Assembly: GCA_905233145.1 (NCBI GenBank)
Contig: CAJODI010000017.1
Span: 15,599-79,598 of the forward strand
Source of the DNA: an uncultured Ruminococcus sp.
Lineage (GTDB): Bacteria; Bacillota; Clostridia; Oscillospirales; Acutalibacteraceae
Length of the DNA: 64,000 nucleotides
Direction of reading: 5' to 3'
Under the pieces are notes generated by a model. That model was not told the DNA's origin, searched no databases, and worked only from the letters and a program-made list of their open reading frames with translations. Below are positions 1 through 7,903 of this stretch, one piece after another (the stretch's first letter is position 1; the number at the start of each line of letters is the position of its first letter). A program made the position numbers and the translations under genes.

Positions 1-142
1 TTATTGCAGCGGAGGCTGCGCAGCCAATTCGTATCATGCTACCGGCTCGGTTACAGGAGTTTATAAATACGGCTGCGAGCTGTTTAAAAAGCGAATCGAG
101 TGTGCGATTATGATGAAGGTTGCTCAGTCAGAGGAGCAATAA
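1..142 (+). CDS. scfB: 3' end of SCIFF/ranthipeptide radical SAM-SPASM maturase (partial, truncated by window edge)
   Basis: Not in the ORF track. The frame from nt 2 reads YCSGGCAANSYHATGSVTGVYKYGCELFKKRIECAIMMKVAQSEEQ*, the characteristic SPASM C-terminus of ScfB/CteB; stop TAA 140-142. Confidence 0.8.
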   Translation, partial: YCSGGCAANSYHATGSVTGVYKYGCELFKKRIECAIMMKVAQSEEQ

Positions 143-146
143 ATTT

Positions 147-2039
147 TCAAGCACCGAATAATCTCATAACCGATGATGTTAAAATACAAAGAATTATTCC
201 CAAAACAGTAGGAATTACTACAGACAGGAACGTCCATTTATGGCTTCCTGTCTCTTTTTTTATCGTTAAACAGGTCGTTGAACACGGAAAATGCAAAACC
301 GTAAATATAATCATACAAACGGCAGTTGTTATTGTCCATCCGTTTGACGTAAAAAGAATGAGTAATTGCTCGTAGCTTGTATATTCAACAAGCGTGCCGC
401 TTGCCATATACGACATAATGATGATTGGAATAACGGTTTCGTTTGCCGGAAAGCCCAGAATGAAAGCCATAAGAATAACGCCGTCAAGCCCCATGAATCT
501 GCCAATCGGGTCGAGAAAATCGGTACAATATTTTAGTATCGAAAAATCACCGATATTAATATTTGCCGACAGCCATATTACCGCTCCGGCTGGCGCGGCG
601 ACTATTACAGCTCTTCCGAGAACAAATAATGTTCGGTCCCTAATTGAGCTTATAATCGTTTTTAGAACCTGGGGTCGTCTGTAGGGCGGAAGCTCCAGTG
701 CAAAGCCGGGCGTTTCGCCCTTTAGCAAAGTGACAGAGAGGAGCTTCGAGACAAAAAGCGTGAATAATACACAGGCGCAAATAATCAAAACCAGTAACAC
801 GGCGGTTATTGCCGAGCCGCTGAAGCCAAATGAGCTGCCGGCAAAGAACATCATAATCATAGCTATCAAAATCGGAAACCGTCCGTTGCACGGCATAATA
901 TTGTTCGTCAAAATTGCTGTAAGTCTGTCTCGTTTGTTTTCCAAAATCCTGCATCCGGTTACGCCACAGGCGTTACAGCCGATCCCCATTGCCATTGTAA
1001 GGCTTTGTTTTCCGTGCGCACCGCATTTTGAGAAGAATTTATCCAGATTAAAAGCGATTCTCGGCAAATATCCCGAATCCTCAATAAGAGAAAACAGCGG
1101 AAAGAATATAGCCATTGGCGGCAGCATTACCGCCACGACCCAGCTCAGCGTTGTATAAACTCCGTCTATAAGCAAGCCGGTTAAGAACGGACTGATGTTT
1201 AGATAATCAAAAGTCCGATAAAGAACTTGTTTGATTTCTCCGAATGCAAAGCTTAAAAATTCGCTTGGATAATTTGCGCCAATTGCTGTTATCCAAAACA
1301 ATAATCCAAACAGACAGAGCATTACCGGAATACCAAACGCCTTTGAGGTCAAAAGCCGGTCAAGCCTGCGGTTTCGTCTGTCGAAATTATTTTCTCCCTC
1401 GATATGTTGACATGCGCTGCAAATCTCCCGGCATCTTTTTGATATAGAGCTACTGATTTGTTCGTAGCTTTCCGGGTTGAGTGAATATAAGTTTTTCGCA
1501 GTATTGCATTTGATTTTTCCGCTGCAAACACCACAAACCGCATTTTTCAGTTCTTTAAGACCGCGTTTTTTTGTAGCGCAGGTCTTGACAACAGGTACGC
1601 CGAGTTCATTTGACAGTGCTTTTTCATCAATAAAAATACCGCGCCTTTGGCTTTCATCATACAAATTAAGACAAACTACAGCTTTGGGTGCAATAGCCAA
1701 AACCTGAAGGGCAAAGCTGAGATTTCTTTCAAGTATTCCGCTGTCAAGCACAATCACAACGCAGTCATAGTTACTTGACTGCAAATAGTCCCTTGTAACA
1801 GCTTCTTCTCCCGAAAATGCGGTCAAAGAATACGCACCCGGCAAATCAGTTACCTCAATTTGCTTTCCTTTGCTGTCAAAGTTACCGGAGGCAAGCCCGA
1901 CTGTTTTGCCGGTCCAGTTGCCTGTGTGCTGTCTCAGTCCTGTCAGAGCATTAAATAGTGTGCTTTTCCCGACATTGGGATTTCCTGACAAAGCAATATA
2001 ATAATCTGCCTCGCGTGAGCGCGATTGTGCTCTACTCAT
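147..2039 (-). CDS. feoB: Ferrous iron transport protein B
   Basis: G1 GNPNVGKST, GNWTGKTV, DLPGAYSL, then a multi-TM domain with PCNGRFP and FPCxTT gate motifs. Confidence 0.95.
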   Translation of the reverse strand: MSRAQSRSREADYYIALSGNPNVGKSTLFNALTGLRQHTGNWTGKTVGLASGNFDSKGKQIEVTDLPGAYSLTAFSGEEAVTRDYLQSSNYDCVVIVLDSGILERNLSFALQVLAIAPKAVVCLNLYDESQRRGIFIDEKALSNELGVPVVKTCATKKRGLKELKNAVCGVCSGKIKCNTAKNLYSLNPESYEQISSSISKRCREICSACQHIEGENNFDRRNRRLDRLLTSKAFGIPVMLCLFGLLFWITAIGANYPSEFLSFAFGEIKQVLYRTFDYLNISPFLTGLLIDGVYTTLSWVVAVMLPPMAIFFPLFSLIEDSGYLPRIAFNLDKFFSKCGAHGKQSLTMAMGIGCNACGVTGCRILENKRDRLTAILTNNIMPCNGRFPILIAMIMMFFAGSSFGFSGSAITAVLLVLIICACVLFTLFVSKLLSVTLLKGETPGFALELPPYRRPQVLKTIISSIRDRTLFVLGRAVIVAAPAGAVIWLSANINIGDFSILKYCTDFLDPIGRFMGLDGVILMAFILGFPANETVIPIIIMSYMASGTLVEYTSYEQLLILFTSNGWTITTAVCMIIFTVLHFPCSTTCLTIKKETGSHKWTFLSVVIPTVLGIILCILTSSVMRLFGA

Positions 2040-2298
2040 AAAAATCCACCTTCTTATTCGTAGGTAAAACTGAGACGGTAATTTTTTCCGCGTCTGATTT
2101 TCTCAATGCGACTACGGCATTTTTTACCAAATAGGCTGTCGGATCTCCAAACGGTGATTTATACAAAGGTGTAATATTAGCACCGCTGATTATCCCAAAA
2201 TCAAAAATCCTGTTAATAAGTGACCTGCTGCACCTGATTTGGTTCACAGTAGCAGTCTGATTCAATTTTAGCTCGCTTAGCAATATGGTATTTTTCAT
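2032..2298 (-). CDS. feoA: Ferrous iron transport protein A
   Basis: SH3-like 88 aa with SPFGDPTAYLVKNAVVALRK; overlaps the feoB start. Confidence 0.9.
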   Translation of the reverse strand: MKNTILLSELKLNQTATVNQIRCSRSLINRIFDFGIISGANITPLYKSPFGDPTAYLVKNAVVALRKSDAEKITVSVLPTNKKVDFYE

Positions 2299-2358
2299 AA
2301 TCTCACCTGCTCTTGTTTATCATATTCAAAAACACAGTTTAAGTTACATTAATGTTGT

Positions 2359-2387
2359 TTGACATTGAATTAACAAAGTGATAAAAT
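2359..2387 (+). promoter_or_regulatory. sigmaA promoter of the DMT transporter gene
   Basis: TTGACA(2359-64), 17 nt, TAAAAT(2382-87), with TGn extended -10. Confidence 0.7.
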
Positions 2388-2412
2388 TCATTAAGCGAAA
2401 CAAGGTGATAAA

Positions 2413-3363
2413 ATGAAAAATAATAATGCAAAAAGCGTATTCTGTCTGTTTTTGACAGCATTTATATGGGGAACCGGCTTTGTAACTCAAACGATGGGCG
2501 GCAACTACATGCAGCCGTTTACATTTGTAGCTATAAGGTATTTCCTTGGCGGCTTGGTTATATTGCCCCTGGCTTTGATAATCTTTTTTAAGGACAGAAA
2601 AAAGAAGGCTGAAAACCGACTGATAAACATAAAGCAAACACTCTGCGGCGGCGTGCTCTGCGGAATCGCTCTTTGCTCAGCTTCACTTTTTCAGCAATAC
2701 GGCGTGATGAACACAACCGTCGGAAAAGCCGGTTTTATTACTGCGATGTATATTATAATTACTCCGATTTTCGGCCTTTTTCTCGGCAAAAAGTGCAGCT
2801 TGGCAATCTGGATAGGGGCTGCGGCGGCAGTTTTCGGAATGTATCTTCTGTGTATAAATGAAGATTTTTCACTTTCCTTCGGTGATTTGCTTATGCTAGT
2901 TTGCGCTGCGTTGTTTTCAGTCCACATTATGATAATCGACAGGTTTTCGCCTCAGACGGACGGTGTGGTTTTATCGTGCTTACAGTTTTTTACCGCCGCC
3001 TTGCTCAGCGGAATACTTTCTTTGATTTTTGATAAGCCTACGTTTTCTCAGATTGGCGACGGATTATTTCCTCTGCTGTACTGCGGAATCATGTCAAGCG
3101 GAGTTGCATATACCTTGCAAATTGTAGGGCAAAGGAATTTTAATCCTACTATCGCCGCTATGATAATGAGTTTAGAGAGCGTAATTTCGGCTGTTGCAGG
3201 ATATTTTGCTTTTAAAATCGGTTTTTTGACAGAGGATCAAAGCCTGAGTCCTACTCAAATTATCGGCTGCGCGATCATTTTTTGCGCTGTGATTTTTGTT
3301 CAGCTGCGTGAAACAAACTCAAAAGCTTCCAAAAAAGCATTAAAGAACCATAAACTCAATTAA
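2413..3363 (+). CDS. DMT/EamA family transporter
   Basis: Ten hydrophobic segments, two EamA repeats (IWGTGFV...RYFLGG; GDLLMLVCAALFSVHI...SLESVISA). Confidence 0.9.
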   Translation: MKNNNAKSVFCLFLTAFIWGTGFVTQTMGGNYMQPFTFVAIRYFLGGLVILPLALIIFFKDRKKKAENRLINIKQTLCGGVLCGIALCSASLFQQYGVMNTTVGKAGFITAMYIIITPIFGLFLGKKCSLAIWIGAAAAVFGMYLLCINEDFSLSFGDLLMLVCAALFSVHIMIIDRFSPQTDGVVLSCLQFFTAALLSGILSLIFDKPTFSQIGDGLFPLLYCGIMSSGVAYTLQIVGQRNFNPTIAAMIMSLESVISAVAGYFAFKIGFLTEDQSLSPTQIIGCAIIFCAVIFVQLRETNSKASKKALKNHKLN

Positions 3364-3371
3364 CCTAAGCA

Positions 3372-3400
3372 TTGACTAAAACAGTGTTTTGTGTTATACT
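3372..3400 (+). promoter_or_regulatory. sigmaA promoter of the cobalamin operon
   Basis: TTGACT(3372-77), 17 nt, TATACT(3395-3400), with TGn extension. Confidence 0.75.
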
Positions 3401-3429
3401 GTTTTTATCGTGTATACGTATGCGAAAAA

Positions 3430-3662
3430 AACAATCAGGTTACGCGTTCCGGCGAATTTCGTCGGGTAATAGAGAATTCGGTGAGAATCCGAAGCAACTG
3501 TCATTACTGTATTTGACGAAGCTTTAACTATAGGCAATACTGCATAATTCGGGTGTGTGGATTGTGCAGTCTGACGGAATAATATGCAAGCAAGATGTGC
3601 GCCGCGAATTGTGCGGTGTTGCCTATACTTTGTCATAAGTCAGATCGCTTCCGCGTAGTCTT
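3430..3662 (+). ncRNA. Cobalamin riboswitch (interrupted by a MITE in P6)
   Basis: Conserved blocks in the correct order: CAGGT(3436), TAATAGAGAA-ttc-GGTGAGAATCC, CAACTGTCATTACTGTA, then AAGTCAGA(3637). TACGCG(3441-46) pairs with CGCGTA(3652-57); TGACGAAG(3514-21) pairs with CTTTGTCA(3628-35). TTTCCTGT(3726-33) can sequester the RBS ACAGGAGGA(3765-73). Lies upstream of a CbrT-like ECF transporter. Confidence 0.85.
3529..3627. mobile_element. MITE family 1, copy A (inside the riboswitch)
   Basis: TATA|GGCAATACTGCATAATTC...GAATTGTGCGGTGTTGCC|TATA; 91-bp core with internal modules shared with copies at 10.5, 29.8 and 32.7 kb. Confidence 0.85.
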
Positions 3663-3777
3663 GGATTTGCATTCTTGGACAAGAAGAAGCGCAGCCAACA
3701 TTTGTTCCCGTTTTTACGGGCTTGTTTTCCTGTGTTTTCTTTCTGAAAAAGGCATTAAGCCAAAACAGGAGGATTTT

Positions 3778-4770
3778 ATGAAAACTTACGCAAAACTCAC
3801 TTCATCCGTGCTTGCCGCCGTTATGCTTGCGGCAGCTCCGCTCACCGTTGCTTATGCTGCAGAGGACAATGCTCCCGGCACGGTGAGAGTAATTGTCAGA
3901 AATGATGTTTTTTCCGCTCAAAACGGTGCGGATTGGGACGGAATTCTGATTGACGAAATTGTAAGCCTTGACAGCAATGACTCAGTAACTTCGGTTATGA
4001 AAGGTGTTTTTGAAGCGCGAAAAATGGAATATACATTTTCCGACAGCTACAAATACTTCCAAAGCGTAAACGGTCTGGACGAATATGAAAATAATGGTTC
4101 CGGAGGCTGGATGATCACGCTCAACGACTGGTTCACGGCTCAGGGTACAGACGCTTATACCGTTCAAAACGGAAAGCTAAAGGACGGAGACGAGCTTTGT
4201 ATGCAGTACAGCTGCTCATGGGGCGCGGATATTTCGAGCATGTGGAGCGACTCAACAACAACTCTCAGCTCGCTTGAAGTTTCCGGAGCGCAGCTTGCAC
4301 CGGAGTTTTCTGCCGATAAAAAGGAATATACTTTAAATATTGATTTGGATACCGCTGAAATTCAGCTTACTCCGACAGCGTATAATAAGAATTTTCAGGT
4401 TAAAATATATAAAAACGAATATACCCCCGAAAGCTATGGCTCAGAGCTTATCAAAAGCAGAAGCTTTGAGGTTAAAGACGGAGACTCTGTTTATATCGGA
4501 GTTGCAAATCCGAATTGGGAAACCATGAATTCCATGCCTTACGAAGAGACAGTTTACAAGTTTGCCGTAAGCTCTGTGAAACCGGTAAAATTCGATGTAA
4601 ACGGAGACGGAGCTTTTGATATTAACGACGCTACAGCGATTCAATTTCACCTTGCAAAGCTCGATACTTTGAGTGAAAACGGTCTTATAGCAGCCGATGC
4701 AAACGAAGACGGCGATGTTGATATAAATGATGTAACATATCTTCAAATGCTTCTTGCAAAGCTTCTGTGA
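3778..4770 (+). CDS. Secreted DUF4430 (transcobalamin C-terminal-like) + cadherin-like beta-sandwich + dockerin protein
   Basis: Start at ATG 3778 after the GGAGG RBS (the ORF-track start at 3595 reads through the riboswitch). Signal peptide MKTYAKLTSSVLAAVMLAAAPLTVAYA; DUF4430-like YFQSVNGLDEYENNGSGGWMITLNDWF...LKDGDELCMQYS; TTLSSLEVSG...FSADKKEYTL; duplicated dockerin DVNGDGAFDINDATAIQ / DANEDGDVDINDVTYLQ. Confidence 0.8.
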   Translation: MKTYAKLTSSVLAAVMLAAAPLTVAYAAEDNAPGTVRVIVRNDVFSAQNGADWDGILIDEIVSLDSNDSVTSVMKGVFEARKMEYTFSDSYKYFQSVNGLDEYENNGSGGWMITLNDWFTAQGTDAYTVQNGKLKDGDELCMQYSCSWGADISSMWSDSTTTLSSLEVSGAQLAPEFSADKKEYTLNIDLDTAEIQLTPTAYNKNFQVKIYKNEYTPESYGSELIKSRSFEVKDGDSVYIGVANPNWETMNSMPYEETVYKFAVSSVKPVKFDVNGDGAFDINDATAIQFHLAKLDTLSENGLIAADANEDGDVDINDVTYLQMLLAKLL

Positions 4771-5924
4771 TGAATAAGAAGTCTTTCGCTTTTGCAATTC
4801 GGCAGACAATAATATGCCTTTTGGTTTTTGCGCAAATATCAGGCGTAACAGTCTTTGCGGCCGATTATGATTCAGTCAACTCAAAGTATCTCTCAACAGG
4901 CAGCTATCTTTCTTCGCTTCCTGCGCCAACATTAGGCTCAATAGGCGGCGAATGGCTTGCGCTCGGACTTGCGCGCTCTTCTTTTATGTCTGAGCAAACT
5001 GCTGAAGCATATTACCAAAACGTTGTTAATACGGTAAAAGCAATTGGCAAGCCTCAGCTTCACAGAGCAAAGTCAACCGAGAATTCAAGAGTTGTGCTTG
5101 CGCTGACTTCTATCGGAAAAGATGTTACCAACGTCGCAGGTTACAATTTACTTGAACCGCTTGCAGACTTTAGCTTTCTAAAAAAGCAGGGAATCAATGG
5201 CTCTGTTTGGGCGTTAATTGCTTTTGACTGCAACAACTACAAAATTCCGGATATCAATTACGGTAAGCAGGTTACAAGAGAAGCTTTGATTGACTATATT
5301 CTTGACGCTCAGCTTCCGGACGGCGGCTGGTCAATTGCAGAAACCGACCCGTCGGCTGACGATATGACCGCAATGGCGGTTCAGTCGCTTGCTCCGTACT
5401 ACAACATCCTGCCCGATGTAAGAGCAGCTGTAAACAGGGCTTTGGGGCTTTTTCCGAATATGTTTAAAGACAGCACTCCCGAAACCTGCGCTCAGCAGAT
5501 GGTTGCACTGACAAGTCTTGGAATTGATCCGCAGAACGAAAGCTTTTTGTACGGCGGTAAGAGTGTGATAGATGAAATGATGCGCTGCTCTGTCAATAAC
5601 GGTTTTTCGCACTTTCCGGGAGATGAATATGACCAAATGTCAACCGAACAGGCTTTTTACGCGCTGACCTCGGTTAAAAGGCTGCACGAGAAAAAAACAG
5701 GTCTGTATGATATGACAGATGTTTTTGCCGGCAGCGACGATTTATATGACGTCAATCTTGATGCTTACTTTGATATAAACGACTGCACAGCAATTCAAAA
5801 GCAGCTTGCAAGACTTGACACCTTGCCATTGCTCGGGTTAAAAAAATCCGACGCCAACCGTGACAGAGAAATTGACATTTCCGACGTTACGTTTCTGCAA
5901 AAGAAGTTGGCTAAAATTATTTGA
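4767..5924 (+). CDS. Secreted alpha/alpha-barrel (prenyltransferase/squalene-oxidase-repeat-like) protein with C-terminal dockerin
   Basis: Signal peptide ending VFA|ADY; GGEWLALGLAR, QLPDGGWS, DMTAMAVQSLAPY and STEQAFYAL repeats; dockerin DVNLDAYFDINDCTAIQ / DANRDREIDISDVTFLQ. GTGA/ATG overlap with the upstream gene. Confidence 0.75.
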   Translation: MMNKKSFAFAIRQTIICLLVFAQISGVTVFAADYDSVNSKYLSTGSYLSSLPAPTLGSIGGEWLALGLARSSFMSEQTAEAYYQNVVNTVKAIGKPQLHRAKSTENSRVVLALTSIGKDVTNVAGYNLLEPLADFSFLKKQGINGSVWALIAFDCNNYKIPDINYGKQVTREALIDYILDAQLPDGGWSIAETDPSADDMTAMAVQSLAPYYNILPDVRAAVNRALGLFPNMFKDSTPETCAQQMVALTSLGIDPQNESFLYGGKSVIDEMMRCSVNNGFSHFPGDEYDQMSTEQAFYALTSVKRLHEKKTGLYDMTDVFAGSDDLYDVNLDAYFDINDCTAIQKQLARLDTLPLLGLKKSDANRDREIDISDVTFLQKKLAKII

Positions 5925-5936
5925 GGTTGATTATAA

Positions 5937-6887
5937 ATGCAAAAGCTAATTGCTATTTACAAAAGAAACAAAGTTTATTGTATTATCGGTTTGGTTTCTG
6001 CGATTATTCTCGCACTGACTCTTATTTTCGGCGATAATGCTCCTCACCTGACAGGTAACGTTGTGACGATTGATACAATTGCCAACGCTACTTATGACGA
6101 AGCGGCTCTCAGAAAGCAGCAGCCGACTACGACTCAAAGCGGCATTTTTAACTTTTTCCCGGTAAATAACGACAATAACAATAACAACAATCAAAGCAAC
6201 GATAGCAACAATCCAAATAATTCATCCTCAGTTTCAAATAATAATTCAGGCACACAGCCCACCGACAGCTATCATTTTGTTATGTCTAACGACAGTGTGC
6301 ATGTAAACCCTAACCTTGACTCTATCATTAAGCGTCTTGCCGATGATTTGAAAAATCAAACGACCGTTCCTGCAACTACGAAAAACGACAAGGATAAGGA
6401 CAAGGATAAAGACGAAACTCCGACCAAAAGCCGAACAGATTCAGAGGAGGAAGCAACAGAAGCACGCGAGGAAGAAGATAAGACACTCACCTGTACGATC
6501 TCTATTTCGTGCGCAACAGCCCTCAGCAACAAAGATAAGCTTGACGAGGACAAGGCTGAGCTGATTCCGGCGGACGGTTGGATTCTCAAGCCGGTTACGG
6601 TTGAGTTTACAAATGGTGAAGATCTCGGCGAGGTCATGACACGCGTTTGCAGAGATAACGGAATTCACTTTGAATACACCTTTAATCCGCTTTACAATTC
6701 AAACTATGCAGAGGGAATTGGCAATTTGTATGAGTTTGACTGCGGCTCCGAATCCGGCTGGATGTATAGTGTAAACGGTTGGTATCCTAACTACGGCTAT
6801 TCGCGCTATGAGCTCAAAAATAATGATAACGTCGAATGGAAGTATACTTGCAGCCTGGGTAGGGATATCGGCGGAAGTAATTATTAA
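5937..6887 (+). CDS. Membrane-anchored DUF4430 protein with long low-complexity linker
   Basis: N-terminal TM (YCIIGLVSAIILALTLIFG), N/S/T/D/K/E-rich linker, C-terminal YAEGIGNLYEFDCGSESGWMYSVNGWYPNYG...WKYTC. Confidence 0.85.
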   Translation: MQKLIAIYKRNKVYCIIGLVSAIILALTLIFGDNAPHLTGNVVTIDTIANATYDEAALRKQQPTTTQSGIFNFFPVNNDNNNNNNQSNDSNNPNNSSSVSNNNSGTQPTDSYHFVMSNDSVHVNPNLDSIIKRLADDLKNQTTVPATTKNDKDKDKDKDETPTKSRTDSEEEATEAREEEDKTLTCTISISCATALSNKDKLDEDKAELIPADGWILKPVTVEFTNGEDLGEVMTRVCRDNGIHFEYTFNPLYNSNYAEGIGNLYEFDCGSESGWMYSVNGWYPNYGYSRYELKNNDNVEWKYTCSLGRDIGGSNY

Positions 6888-6909
6888 AGTATTGCCTTAA
6901 TAAAACATT

Positions 6910-6951
6910 AAAAGGAATCGCTGATTAAGCGTAATCGGCGGTTCCTTTTTT
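6910..6951 (+). terminator. Intra-operon hairpin / intrinsic terminator
   Basis: AAAAGGAATCGCTGATTA-AGCG-TAATCGGCGGTTCCTTTT followed by TT. Confidence 0.7.
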
Positions 6952-7012
6952 ATCTGAGATTAGATGAGATCAGTCTGATAAAACATTAAATAGTATTAGC
7001 AGGTTTATTATT

Positions 7013-7903
7013 ATGAAAGATTCTTTTTCAAGGCTGCACCCCGTTGTGTGCTTCTTTTTTTATATATCTGTAATTCTTTTTACAATGCTCGAAAACAATC
7101 CTTTTTGTTTATGCATTTCGCTTGTATGCGCCTTTGTAAACGCAATTACCTTAAACGGTAAAAAAACGCTTGCGCTTACCGTAAAATATCTTTTTCCTAT
7201 GATGCTCATGGTAATAATTATTAATCCTCTGTTCAATCATTCGGGTGCGACGATTCTTAACTATCTTCCGTGGGGCAATCCTTTGACTCTGGAGTCGGTA
7301 TTGTACGGATTTTTTGCCGCAGCACTGTTGTGTTCGGTGGTTTTGTGGTTTTCATCGTTTCACAAGGTTATGACGACTGATAAGCTGGTATATCTTTTTG
7401 GCAGACTTTCTCCGGCGTTAAGCCTTTTGCTTTCTATGTCGTTCAGGCTTGTTCCAAAGCTTTCTTCTCAAACAAAAGAGGTTAGGGATTCTCAAAGAGC
7501 TTTGGGACGAGATCTTTCAAAGGGTTCTATTTTCACAAGACTGAAAACGGCGATAAAAATAATTTCCGTGATGATAACGCGCGTTCTCGAAGATTCTGTA
7601 GAAACGGCGGATTCTATGAAAAGCAGGGGATACGGCTTAAAGGGCAGGACTGCATTTTCGCTGTATTCCTTTAGACAGCGCGATTTTGCTGTAATGTCTG
7701 CAATTGTAATTATGTCTTTAGTTATGATAGCGTTAAAGCTTTGTCATGCTGTAGATTTTAGATTTTTTCCGTCGGTAAAGAGCGGAGAGTTGACAGCAGA
7801 AGCTGTGCTATGCTGCGTAGTTTACTCGTTACTAATGCTTTTGCCGATTATGATTAACATATGGGAGGGGATAAAATGGAAGCGATTACAGTCAGCAATC
7901 TAA
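7013..7903 (+). CDS. ecfT: ECF transporter transmembrane T component
   Basis: LHPVV N-terminus, multiple TMs, coupling helices RLVPKL...SQRALG and ADSMKSRGYG. Confidence 0.9.
   Translation: MKDSFSRLHPVVCFFFYISVILFTMLENNPFCLCISLVCAFVNAITLNGKKTLALTVKYLFPMMLMVIIINPLFNHSGATILNYLPWGNPLTLESVLYGFFAAALLCSVVLWFSSFHKVMTTDKLVYLFGRLSPALSLLLSMSFRLVPKLSSQTKEVRDSQRALGRDLSKGSIFTRLKTAIKIISVMITRVLEDSVETADSMKSRGYGLKGRTAFSLYSFRQRDFAVMSAIVIMSLVMIALKLCHAVDFRFFPSVKSGELTAEAVLCCVVYSLLMLLPIMINIWEGIKWKRLQSAI

Noticed and set aside
3595-3777. 61-aa N-terminal extension of the first dockerin gene in the ORF track
   Set aside because: It reads through the MITE and riboswitch. The real RBS (GGAGG) and signal peptide begin at ATG 3778.
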